Below, in pieces: positions 37,201-49,187 of a stretch of DNA of 64,000 bases. The notes under the pieces are model-generated. The model did no database searches and had not been told where the DNA came from. It was given only the letters and a program-made list of their open reading frames with translations. Position 1 is the stretch's first letter, and the number at the start of each line of letters is the position of its first letter. The stretch is from Daphnia carinata (taxonomy: Eukaryota): the NCBI RefSeq assembly GCF_022539665.2, contig NC_081334.1, positions 2,852,001 to 2,916,000 of the forward strand, written 5' to 3'. The translations under genes and the position numbers were made by a program.

Positions 37201-39216
37201 GTTAAAGAGGGGGGGAGACGACACACAACGACTAGTTTTGTGTGTGCCAGGAAATGACACGGCCGTATAAATAGAGAGCCCCGGTCACCATATGGCGTTA
37301 CATCCCCCACTATTTTTCCACCCGTTCGACCTACTCTTTCACCTTGTATATATATATACACACACATCGTCGTGGCACACTACATCTATTTTACGAAGAC
37401 AGAGAGAGAGAAACCCGAGAGAGAGTCAATAAATACTTAAGGCCTGGCAACGTCGATATTTCGTTTTATTTTTTCGGCCCCAAAATGGCGAAACCCACCC
37501 CCCCCCTCCCTCAAAAAAAGCACATGTTTGTTGTCGTCTGCATGTGGCAAAAAAAAAAAGAAAAGAAATGCGAGTTCTGGTTTCTTTTAATTGAGGGTAA
37601 AGAGAGAAATTTGTCTTAATTGTTCTTTTGATTCATTCCCTATCCATTATTCATTACCTGCGTTTTCTGTTTTGGCATGGCATTCTCCTTTTTTTTCTCA
37701 ACTCGCCGCAGTCATCGGTTTCAGTTTGCCTACACACACACACACAGAAACTGACTAGTTGTAGCAGAGTGTTGGTAAGTGGTCTAGCAGTGTAGTGGTT
37801 TAGGTTTTTTTGTTGTCTTGTTTTCTTTTTCCCCATCCCCACACACACACACACCACTTCTTCACTCTTTATTTACCTGTCTGCGCCAAATTCCGTCGCG
37901 CTCGAGCAGCCAAGTGGCAAGCGCTCAACGCCATCTATGAACAAGTATCAGCTGACGATTAGGAAAAGAAAAAGAAAAGAGCGTATATAGCTTAAGCAGT
38001 GTGTGTGTGTATTATATTGTGTGTTGCATGTATTATATTGCCAGCAGCCCCCAGTCGCAAAGAACCATGTTGTTGTTTTCTTTGTGTGATCGTTCGCTCG
38101 TTAAATAATGAAACAAGCCAAAAAAAAAAAAAAAAAGAAGAAAAAGAGTGCGACCACACCGCTTGGCTGCGGTTCGTGACACCGTTACCAACAAAAATGC
38201 CCGCCAGGTTTCCCAGACTAAATGGAGCAGTATAAAAAGCTGTAGAAAACGGCAAGCCATGCAAAAAGGCATCACACACACACACAAAAAAAAGAAGAGG
38301 GAGGGAAAAAATAGAATGGTTCTATTATTGTTGTTTTGTGTACACGTCTATCGTCTGCACGTCGCACGGCAGCGTCGGCGGCATTTCGTGAATAGTCATG
38401 AGCGGAAATCACGCTCCGTTGGACAAGTCCCCCGAGCTCCTCTCCTTTTTTTTTTCTAAAAAATTCTTTCTATCGTTGTTCTGTTGTTGTAACTTAACCC
38501 ACCCATCCCCTCCTATCTATCTTTTCTATCTGTTAACCGCCTGTGTGTGTGTGTGTGTTAGACGGAAAGTGCCGCGCAACGGAGCTCGTCGTCAACACGA
38601 GAGTTAAAAACAGACAAGAAAGTTTTGGCTGCACACACATTGAAAAAAAAAAAAAAAATAGAAAGTTTGATTTGATTTTATTAGAGAATTGTTTTGATTT
38701 TGGGAGAACATTAGAAAATAGAAAAAAAAAAATAAAATAAAAGTTTCCCCCTCAGAGAATCTCGGTCGATCGATTCACATCATTTTGGTGGATGTGTGGC
38801 ACATCAGTTCTTTGTCCCTCTATCTCCCTTCTTTTTTTCAACCAGCTGGAATAAAAAAAAAAGAAATGGACTACAAAAAAAAAGGAAGAGGTCTTCAAAC
38901 CGGATGTAACGATGGACCGGCTGGTTTGCTGCTGTATAATGCCAAATATTCATAACCGGTAGCGTTGACGCGCGTGTAACCTACACACACACAGTGTGTA
39001 CGTGTGTGTCGCACACGCACTTTGACGATAATAACAATAGCCTGCCAAAAAAAAAAGAAAAAAAAAGAGATGGCAGAGACCGGTGGTCGTCGTCGTTTCT
39101 TTATGTTGCACCCACCCTCCTCCTATCTCCTCCCCCCTCTCAAAACTCTCACAGCCACCACTCGACCGGCACACGGGGGCAACAAAGGAAACCCCGAAAA
39201 GAATGAAAACTACTGT

Positions 39217-39252
<36 letters not shown>

Positions 39253-39552
39253 AGTACACACGGAGCTTGTGTAGTATATTCTCTTTCAGTCAGGGGGAAG
39301 GGTCGTATAATATTATTTTCTTTTTTTTTCATGACGAAAATGCAGACAACGCCATCTCTGTTTTGTTTTGTAAACAAAGATAATTTCTCCCTCCCTACTC
39401 CCTCCTAAAAAAAAAAACCCAAGAAATAATAATAATAATATAAAAAAAAAAGAAATTTCCCCTCACTCTCTCAATCCATAAAAAAAGAGACGGGAAACAA
39501 AGAGAAAGAAAGAAACACAAAAAGAAAATCGTGTGTTGTGTATAGAGGCGTA

Positions 39553-42500
39553 TCACTTGCGCCAGTACTGCGCGATCTTGTGCAGCTGTTCGACTAGGGC
39601 GGCCATGACGGCAGCGGCCGAGACGTCGATCAAGTTCTGCATGTAACGCAACGCCTCTTCGTCGTTCAAATCCAGCCGAAATTTGTCTTGTACTTTACGG
39701 ACAGTCTTGTCCGGCTCTAGCGCAATGTCCGGCACGCTAGCATCCACCTAAAAAAAAACACACGTAAATCAAAAGAAATACCCAACAGCCTCATTAGCAC
39801 ATTTTTAATGGGGCATACACTAATAAAAAAAAAAGGCTTTCAGCACAATAATAAACTATCAATAAACTCACCATCAGCGCGAAAAGGTTCAATATCAAAT
39901 TGGCGTGTCTAAAAGAAAAAACGGAATGATTGATCAAAACGAATAAATAAGCAATAGCTAATTATTGCCGCATATGCAAATGAATGGAAACAAAACCTTC
40001 TCAGATGGAGGAACGTTGTGTAGCAGAGCTTCCTAAACTGCGTGTAATGCTCCGAATGGACGCCGCCCATGGCTTCCACCATCTCTTTGCTGAGTTTCAT
40101 AGGCGGCGGCAGCGGTTTCGGATCGCGTCCGAGGATGTAGCCAAAATCGATGTGAAAGAGCTTGCCCGATTTGGTCAGCATCAAATTATCAAGATGTCGG
40201 TCGCCCACGCCCAGTAAGTACGTGATGACACAATAGCCAGCTACCATCGGTTCCCCCCGGTGGGCACAAAAACATGCCACGCTCAAATGTCGGCAATCGT
40301 TGAAAAAAATTAAAAATAAACGAAACATCACTTACCACAACTTCGGATGTAACTGCAAATAGACGTGTAAAATATTTAATTGAGCGCTTCTAGGGAGAAA
40401 AGGCAATCTATATATCGATTACTTATCCATGACGTCAGCTGCGATGCCGTAAGGTCCGCTGTCAGACGGATGGTACTTGCGAAAAAAGTTTAAGATGCTG
40501 CCTTCCGTGTCGCTGACTTCTCGCACCGATACGCTGTCAACGTACTGGACAAATCCTGGAACAAAAATAATGGAGATAAACTGACAAACAAAAACAAACA
40601 AAAAAGGCATTTTTTTTTACCGTGTCTGGAAGAGGTAGCCAAGACGCGATACGGTGTCAATTTGAGATCAAGATTCTCACGGCGGAGGAGTCGATCCATC
40701 AGTGAGATCATTTGCAGTATGAGCTGATCTTGACGCAGGTCGTCACCGTGTTTGAAAATGGCTACATACTCTTGGCCGCTGATGGTCGAAAACGTCAAAC
40801 AGGCCGGCATCAATTGGGATTTGAATAACGTCGCCCTGGCGGATGGATGTGGAACAATCGATCAAGACATTCAAAGAACATTATCGATCGAAGAATGTGG
40901 AAGCAAAAAGAGAGAGTCAATTTTTCTTCTTACTTTTCCGCCACGATGCCTTTGATCAAAAGCTCCGGGTCCAGCAAGAACGGCAGCGGTTCAAACTCGA
41001 GGAAAGTTCCCCCTTTGAAAAAATCACGGTCTGCCAACAGAGTTCTCAGTCGTTCCATTTTCCTAATCGATTGATACGCAGAAAGAATAATAATAATAAC
41101 AAAAAAAAAAAAAGAATCAATCACACATAATGCAGAGAGAAATAAAAAAAAAGAGAGTCGTACTTTTTCCGGTTGCCGCTCTCTCTAGCCACGGCTTTCA
41201 TCAGGGAGACGAGTCGGTCAAGGAACTGCTGTTGCCGATTCAATATGGCCCGTCGGCGGCGCCATTCTTTACCACCTTTGGCTAAGGCCTAGACCACAGA
41301 AGAAAAAAAAAAGATCCAACGTGTGGCCACAACCTATCGCTCTCATTCATCCATTGATTTTTTTGTTTTGTTTTTATTACCTGCAAAAATTTTTTCATAA
41401 CCACCAAATACATTTCACGGACCCGGGCGTCATGCTTCACGTTCGGTTCCGGATCCTCGCATTCTATCATAAGATACCTTCAGAAGAACGAAGCCATAAA
41501 AAAAAAGAACGAGATTTAATCCCAATCGTTAAGAACGATCAAGTGGGAAAATGGCGGTTGGAATTACTGACCAGTAAAAGTAGTTGACTAAGGCAGAATT
41601 GGCACAGGCTCGTTGGATGAGAAAAGTTGGCAAATCGACCGAATAGTCGCCCGATTCAGAATTGATGAATCGCACCGGAGCCGGCTGAGAAGTCTCCGCG
41701 GGAATCAGAGGAGACGATTCGAGTACTGGGCTCTCCATTTCAGTGTTGAATCTAGGATTGTTGTTGTTGTTCTATTTGAAATGACATTCTAAGGAAAGAA
41801 AAATGATAACGAGTCACGTACCTTTCGTCAATAGAGAGATCGTGGCCGACCTTCTCCGGTGAAGGGAAACTATCAGCCGAATTGAAACTACGGACGGACA
41901 GCATCAGTGAGCGGGGATCTAGACCGGCGCAAATCTCGTCGAAATCTTCATACTTGAGCGCTTGAACCAACTGAAGTAGATACAACTGCAAATCCTGTTA
42001 CATCACAGTCAGAAGAATCAAGAGATTTACAGTTTGACCGGTAAGATGATCGACTTAGATCTTAATACCTCATCGGGGGCGTGCGACAGCCTCGAGACGG
42101 CGTACTTTCGTACTGTTGGATAAGTGAAATTAGGGCCCAGCAATTCAAGAGCGTCTTCCGGGTCAATTGGTGCCCAGCGATTCATTAAATCGACGGCTTG
42201 GCGAACTTCAGACGTCGACGTCCAGGTAACACACTTTAGAAACTTGGTCAATGCCTGTTGTTCAGGAATAATCAACGGGAATGGGTCGTGCGTGAAGATG
42301 GATTGACTGATTTGTATAATGTTACCTTCTTCTGATTCGATAGATAAAAGCGGAATCGCCACACGAGATCCTGTTCCTCTGACGCGAGTGTTTTCGTCGG
42401 CGGCGACTCGACGATGGCGTGTAACTGATCGCGCGTCCCAGCATCGGGTTTCAAATCGCGATCCGTCAAACCACTACGAACGGACCGGGCCAATTTGTGG

Positions 42501-43610
42501 TGTTTACCTTCTACTAGATTTTCAAGAAGGATCTCGTCGTCGTTGAGGACGGAATACTGGGACTGGGTCAGTTTCGTGACCAAATCATCCCCTCCTTTCT
42601 CGTAATAAACGACAGTGTACTGTCAGCAGAACGCGAAGAAGGTGCGATAGACATGCAGACACGTCGCGTGAAAATTTTAGTTCAAAAACAAACAAGTAAA
42701 AAGGAGAAATACCTCAACACCGTGATATTCGAGTCGAGGGAATTCCACCATGAGGTACATGTAGTTGGATGTCCGCTTTTCACGTTCGTTTATCAGTTCA
42801 ATTTCCCGGAAAGTTAATCGATCCAACCAGTCAGACTGTGGTATTCGGCCGGTGTGATGGCGTTTGGTCAACTTTGATAAACTTTCCATCACTTCATTGC
42901 CAGAATCCTTTACTTTTGCTGGAGTTTTGCTAGGTAGGTTGCCATCTGCAACTTGATTGCGCCATATTCTCAAATCATGAAGTCCCTGCAAGAAATTTAC
43001 ATGCATTTAGAGATTGCCAAAGATAAGAGCACGAGTAGTGTAGTAGTACTTGTTTGTAAACGCCGAGTTTCCCGAATAAGGGCAGTGTAGTTCCACCGAT
43101 GGGGATATATTTCCCCGGTCCGCAACATTCATAAATAGTCAAGCAAAGTTGAGAATTCCTCGGCAGGTCACAGTACTTCATAGGCAGGCTAATCCACTCG
43201 TTCCAGCTTTAGAAAAGAGTCAAAGTGTTAGGACCAAAACATCTCATCTGTTATGGGGTGAATGCTCATACTTCCATCTCGTTGTAAATGATTTATATGA
43301 TGTGGTAATGGGCAATGTGTTGGGTTCGTTGTCTGACCAGATTTGACTTTTAATGCAAAGCTCTGGGCAAGTGTCTTGATAAATGCCACTATGCTTTAAT
43401 AAAGGATCCTTCAGCAAATCTTCATATGTTGGCCTCTCAAGTTTACCTTCCAATGAGCCTCTGCAGATAGATACCATGTTGACGAAATTAACGGTAATCA
43501 AAAAGGAGACAGATGGCTTACATTTTTATCTGAATATTGATATCTAAATCACAGCTGTAGAGGTAGTGGAACCGAGTTGTTCCTGATGACGATCCAGTTT
43601 CTGCCATCAT
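39553..43610 (-). CDS. PIK3C3: Phosphatidylinositol 3-kinase class III catalytic subunit Vps34
   Basis: Multi-exon gene from ATG 43610 (..[18 protein letters not shown]) through C2 ([15 protein letters not shown]), [11 protein letters not shown], helical ([13 protein letters not shown]) and kinase ([59 protein letters not shown]) regions to the C-terminus HKIAQYWRK*. Confidence 0.98.
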
Positions 43611-44081
43611 GACAACACTTGGAATATTTTGCTGTGTTTCATTCAAACTTTCACACGATCAATGTTAATAACTATGAATATTTTTGTTTAGGATCTGCCA
43701 CTTAACGAATTACGGGTCGGAAGGTCGTAATCGCAGCAGAAAAATAACTCGATTCTTTTAAATCGTACAAAAGTGAAAAAAAAAACAAGTACCACAATAT
43801 TTAAAAGGGTACAGTAGGGTATAACTGTCTATTACGCATATGCAGGAACCACCAGATAGTACACTAAATCCCTAACAATTAAATAACAACTACTTCTCCA
43901 CGAAAACAATTTGTTTCTCTAAGCCTTTCGAGTAGCAGACGAACGAACGATAACGTTGCTCAGGTGTACCACCAGAGGGATGCCATAATCGATTGTACCG
44001 CTTGCACGAATCGATCTTTGAACTAAACTGTCGGATCCCACACCTAAAAACATTGAGGAAAATTCGAAGACGTTTGATGAC
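43611..44081. promoter_or_regulatory. Bidirectional promoter region between Vps34 and the Golgi-membrane-protein gene
   Basis: Start codons of two divergent genes are ~470 bp apart. Contains CCACCAGA twice and AGCAGACGAAC. Confidence 0.6.
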
Positions 44082-45923
44082 ATGGCAAAGGGAAATCAGT
44101 CTATTCTCGGAGAAAACATGAGAAACGTACACTTCAGATCGCGGACTTTTGTTTTAATAGGATTTGCGTTGGCGGGTTTCGCTATCTTTAGTTACTGGGG
44201 TCTTTCTTCCCAAAATAGCGATCTCCAAGACAAAATCGAACGTCTTGAAGATAACCTCAACATCGGGTATGTATTATTGTGGTACAAGCTCATTACTTTT
44301 TAGTCACACGTGTTTTCCATTTTAAAGTACGCGCAAGCAAAGAGATCTAGAAGATGAACTACAGGCCATGGTTAAAAAATCAAATGACCTGCTGAAAGCT
44401 AATGCGAAGTTGCAGTCTGAACTGCAGCAAAAGGAGAATCTCATTTCAGCACAGGGTATGTGTTACAGTGTATTACTTGGATTACTAGTATTAATTATAG
44501 TTCATTTGTAGGTGTCGAAGGTTCCCAATGGCGTGATAAGGTACGAAATGCAGAAACAGAAGTCGAAAAGTTCAAAGCAGACATTGCAGACAAGGTGAAA
44601 AAGTTACAAGATCTGCAAAAACAAGTTGCGTCCTATTCTCAAGATATTTTGTTTAAAGAATCAAAATTGAATGAAGCACAAGAACTAATCAAAAAGGTAT
44701 AACTCCCAAATAGCAAACATCTTGCAATAGCTAACACATCTCTATTTTCTATCTAAGCTACAAAAGGATCCCCTCAATGTGCACAATATAACTGATCATT
44801 TATCAAGTAAGTAGTGTTATTATAGTTATGCAAAATCCCATTATGGCATTAGTTTTAACTAACTTGATAATGTGAACTGCCATGTGTGATATTAGTGGGC
44901 CGTGCACCGGCCATAGTATCCGCCGCCGTTGGCGGCATACATGTACATGATCCGGCTGTAGAGGGAATGATCTTCCATGGGGTTCCATTACTACCCCAGG
45001 AACCCCCAAACGTACAGCGTCCCCGACCGTTGTTTAGTGTCAACACCCTCAACAGTTAATGCGGTTTATCGAGCGAAACTTCACGTACCGCTAGACATTA
45101 CCAAGGACAAATACTCTTGCTAATAGAATTCCCAAAAGAACTTGCGTGGCGAATTTTCCCGCCCAGTCTTGTAAAGAAATTTACATTTTGCTGCTTAGGA
45201 TACTGCACAGTGTTGTGCTTCCATTACCATGTGCTATTTGTTTGTTTTTTTTACAAGCACCATGGCGAAATAAATTTTATTATCGTTATTTTAATTATTT
45301 TGAATGTGATATCGGTTTAGATCTGAAAGTCGCAAGCAGTAGCTCAGCTTCCCCGGTCGCTGATTCTAACCTTGTCCTCGCAAAACCCAACAATGAAAAA
45401 TCCGATGATGATGTAGAAAAGAAGCTTGAAAAACGGTATGTCCTTAGTTTAACAGATTTGCATGTATGTTTCACACTATGTTTCTATTGACAGCCAAGAG
45501 AACGAACCGGTAGTGGGGAGGCCACAACTAGAGGAGAGTGCCAATGCAGTGAAACCCGATGAAGAACTGGAGCTGGTGGATCCGAAAGAGAACGTGGTGG
45601 AACACCCAGAACCGGAGAACGATGAGACCAAATTCAAAGAAATTCGAGAAGAAATGGACATTGGGGAAGTAGATAAGAATGCCGCGAACGCAGTGGAGAA
45701 TTCAAAGGAGCTGAACGAAGTCAATGAAACCAACGTAATCAACGAACCCAACCTAATCAATTCGCAAGGTGAAAACTTGGACGAAGAGCCCGCACTTGTA
45801 GATACCAACCCACGATTCCGTAACTTTAAGGCTCGTGTCATGCACAAGAAAACGGATGAAGATAATTTACCCGAAGATCAGGAAGTCGAAAATGAACACG
45901 AAGATGACCGAGGAGACAATTAA
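44082..45923 (+). CDS. Type II single-pass membrane coiled-coil protein with acidic C-terminus (GOLM1/CASC4/GOLIM4-like)
   Basis: Phase-compatible exons 44082-44266, 44328-44455, 44512-44696, 44758-44806, 44896-45054, 45321-45435 and 45494-45923. Short basic N-tail, TM segment TFVLIGFALAGFAIFSYWGL, long coiled coil, E/D-rich tail. Confidence 0.75.
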
Positions 45924-47276
45924 AACGTTGTGGTGCCAACCTCTTGTTGTATTTGTTACAAGGATTTCATGTTATCTTGTCACTTGTTTTTTTTATGCGC
46001 CTTTTTTTTTTAATCCAATGAATGTATTCTCATTTTCTTGTATTAGTATTCTTCCGCAAACCATTTCTTGCAAATTTTTTTTTTTTTTTCTTTGTGTATC
46101 TATCTTTCTCATGCCTTAGGGTAACGGACGCAACAATTGTCGATTTGCGATAGGTTATGTCGGCTATGTTTCGAAGTATTGTTATAATACTTTTTTTTTT
46201 CTATTAGGTTTTGTTACGTTTATGTGTTGAATGCATCAAGTCGTACAAGACACAAGCTCACTTATTATCCTCATACTGTAATCGAGTCTCTTGTTACTCA
46301 GTCCGATTAATATATTAACAACTGAAATCTATCATGGACGCGGTTCAATGATTTTTCAAGCTTTTAAAACAAGTATCAAGTGAAATATCTTCCTGTTAAT
46401 AATGAGCCTGAAGCATCGAAAATCAAAGGTAATAAATTAAACAAAGATCACAATTTACTTAAGCCATGCACTTAACTATTCTTCATGCTATCTAGATGTC
46501 ATACCAGGTGCAGCCAATGAAGTGAAATGAGCAAACGAATAGAACTATGTTCGCTTCCGGAGAAGATCTCGGATTTTTAGCCAACACACCACACGTAATA
46601 ACGAAGGAGATGGTAATAACATTTTTGGTCAGCATCATCGAGTCCAATAAGATACTCCACGCTTTCTTTCTTTTTTTTTTTTTTTTAGACCATTGCATCG
46701 AATATTGGCTACCACCCCGTTATTCAGTTGTGATCCTCAGCTTTGACATAAAGATCGCGAACGTGTGTTGTTTGTTATATCTGAAAACCCCCAAGAAGAG
46801 AAAGGAAAAAAAAAAAAGTTAGTTAAATTACACACACGGCATTGGTCACAAATGCGCTTTGGGTGTGACAAGTCCACTCTATTATACGGCACCAACGCGA
46901 GAAGATCGCTCTATACACGGTCACGTGTTTGCATTGCCAATGTCCCTATTAGGGTCGGAGAATAAAGCTGAGCCAGCTGCACCCCACTCCCCTACTCGTT
47001 CACAAGACCATAACAATAACGCAAAGAAGAAGAAAGAAAAAAAAAAAAAGTCCATCACAAATGATGAGATTAAGGTTTATGTACGGTGTGGTAGTCAACA
47101 AGATCTCTTATTGTATCTATACGGTTAGGACCTTTTGTTTGGCTGCCGATTTTGTTTGAGCTCAAGTCAACTCCACCCCCTTGTCAAGCTTTTTTTTTTT
47201 TTCCTATTTAACTATTGGTCTCTTAACGCGCATGATCCACACAATGCACTTTCTTCTTTTGACAATACCAGGTGCC

Positions 47277-47286
47277 TCTATAAATA
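47277..47286 (+). promoter_or_regulatory. TATA box candidate for the SKOR gene
   Basis: CTATAAATA ~100 bp upstream of ATG 47380. Confidence 0.45.
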
Positions 47287-47379
47287 CCGGTTGGCACATG
47301 TCACTCAAGCTGACAATCTAAGTGAATTCCGTTCCAAACAACCATCAAAGACCGGTTTGAGAACAAACAAAACATAAAA

Positions 47380-49187
47380 ATGGACAGCAATTCTAGTTCG
47401 TTTCATCATTCGTCGTACAACTGTTCGTCACCGGATTCCGAATCCAACTCGAATCAGGAATTGATGAATGCTTCAGCGCTTGAGGAGCAAATCCGACAGT
47501 CCAACAATCAGGTATCGCTCAATAATCAATCATGTTACCATCATTTAAATATATATTTTTTAAATTCATTCAAAGATAGGAACCGTGATATTGTATGGCG
47601 TGCCAATCGTCTCGTTGATGATGGAAACCAAAGAACGGCTCTGTCTGGCACAAATTTCATCGACGCTTTTAAAAGATTACTCCTACAACGTAAGTGAACT
47701 TCCCTTTTAAAACAATTAGATGATTGTGCCATCCCAAATGAAAGTGAAAAATGAAATATCTTGCAGGAAATTCACAATCGTCGCGTGGCGTTGGGCATCA
47801 CTTGCGCTCAGTGCACACCTGTCCAGCTCGAGTTGTTAAGACGGGCCGGAGCGATGCCCGTTACATCTCGTCGTTGCGGAATGATTACCCGTCGCGAAGC
47901 CGAGCGTCTTTGTAAATCTTTTCTTGGTGACCACAGCCCGCCTAAACTGCCGGAAAACTTTGCTTTTGACGTCAGTCATTGCTGTGCATGTAAGTTCTCT
48001 TCTAACTTTTGTGCGAAATGGATTTACGTTTTATTGCTAATGATGAAATTGGATAGGGGGTTGTCGGGGCGCGTTTCTTCCGTCGCGATACAATTCGTCA
48101 CGAGCCAAATGCATCAAATGCTTTTATTGCAGCCTGTTCTTTTCGCCCAACAAATTCATTTTCCACTCGCATCGAAGCCTACCTGACGCCAAATACATTC
48201 AACCAGACGCGGCCAATTTCAATTCGTAAGTTTATACTCAACCAATCCATTCGCTATACATAGATGTAGGCCTATGCGTTCAAATCACTTCGTTGTTTAG
48301 ACGCATCCCCGCTCTGTTAAAACATCCTAATCTCATGCACGGCATTTTTCAGATGGCGCAGACACATCCACCTGACTGGATCACCGCCCGATCAGGTCAT
48401 GTTTGCTTGGGAAGATGTCAAAGCGATGTTTAACGGAGGCAGTCGGAAACGGGTCGCTAGCGTTGGCGGAAACAGCAGCGGCACTGCCGTGACTAGCACA
48501 TCCAATCAAAATGCATCCGGTACTGAAATCAACGCCAAGCAGAGCCAGGACGTTACAGTTCCAGCTAAAAACACGAAAACGACAAAGAATTCTAGTGCTA
48601 ATAAGAAAGCCAAAGTTGAGAACAACACCCTACCTGAAGTTCGAACACCGGAAACTGTTCCAGTAGTAACGACAACAACTTCTTCGACGTCCAGCAGTCC
48701 TGGACCGATTGCTGTTCCGGTGACTCCGCAAGTCTACCACCATCCGATTCAATCGCAATCGCTACTTGCCCGTTTGAATTCGATAATACCAACGGCCGGG
48801 CCACTTCTTGCCAACAAAACGCCAACCGATTCGCCTGGCCAGGATTACAGCATGACCATGTGGAACGCGGCTGGAACTGGCCGTTTCTGGTCGCCCTATT
48901 TGAATCCGCTTCCGTTTAATCCCTACAGCTATTATAACTATTTGATCAATAAATCGGATCAATTCTCGTTGATGATGAATCATTCGGGCAGCGGATGGCA
49001 GCAGCTCGTTACCAACAAACCTCGGATCAGTTCAACTGTTACCTCCGCAACACCTAATCAAGTTCTGAAGGCTGGATTGGACGAGAGCAAAGCCAGCCAT
49101 ACGCAAATGAATCATTCTTTCATCCAAGAAGAAGAGGCGGAAGCTTTCGTCGATGTGGAATCCACCGATCCAGCCCTTGACAATTGA
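47380..49187 (+). CDS. fuss: SKI-family transcriptional co-repressor (SKOR1/2, Drosophila fussel/CORL)
   Basis: Exons 47380-47511, 47576-47689, 47767-47989, 48057-48225 and 48353-49187. Ski/Sno domain LYGVPIVSL..ERLCLAQISSTLLKDYSYNEIHNRRVALGITC..CTPVQLELLRRAGAMP, SAND-like WGCRGAFLPSRYNSSRAKCIKC..FSPNKFIFHSH, and WEDVKAMFNGGSRKR. Confidence 0.96.

Noticed and set aside
28000..39400. Many 60-150 aa ORFs rich in F, K, C/V
   Set aside because: Translations of poly-T/A and (CA)n/(GA)n tracts; no splice-consistent or domain-like content.
44807..45320. Possible insertion in a long intron of the Golgi-protein gene
   Set aside because: 44896-45054 is a phase-compatible 159-nt exon that explains the GC-rich segment.
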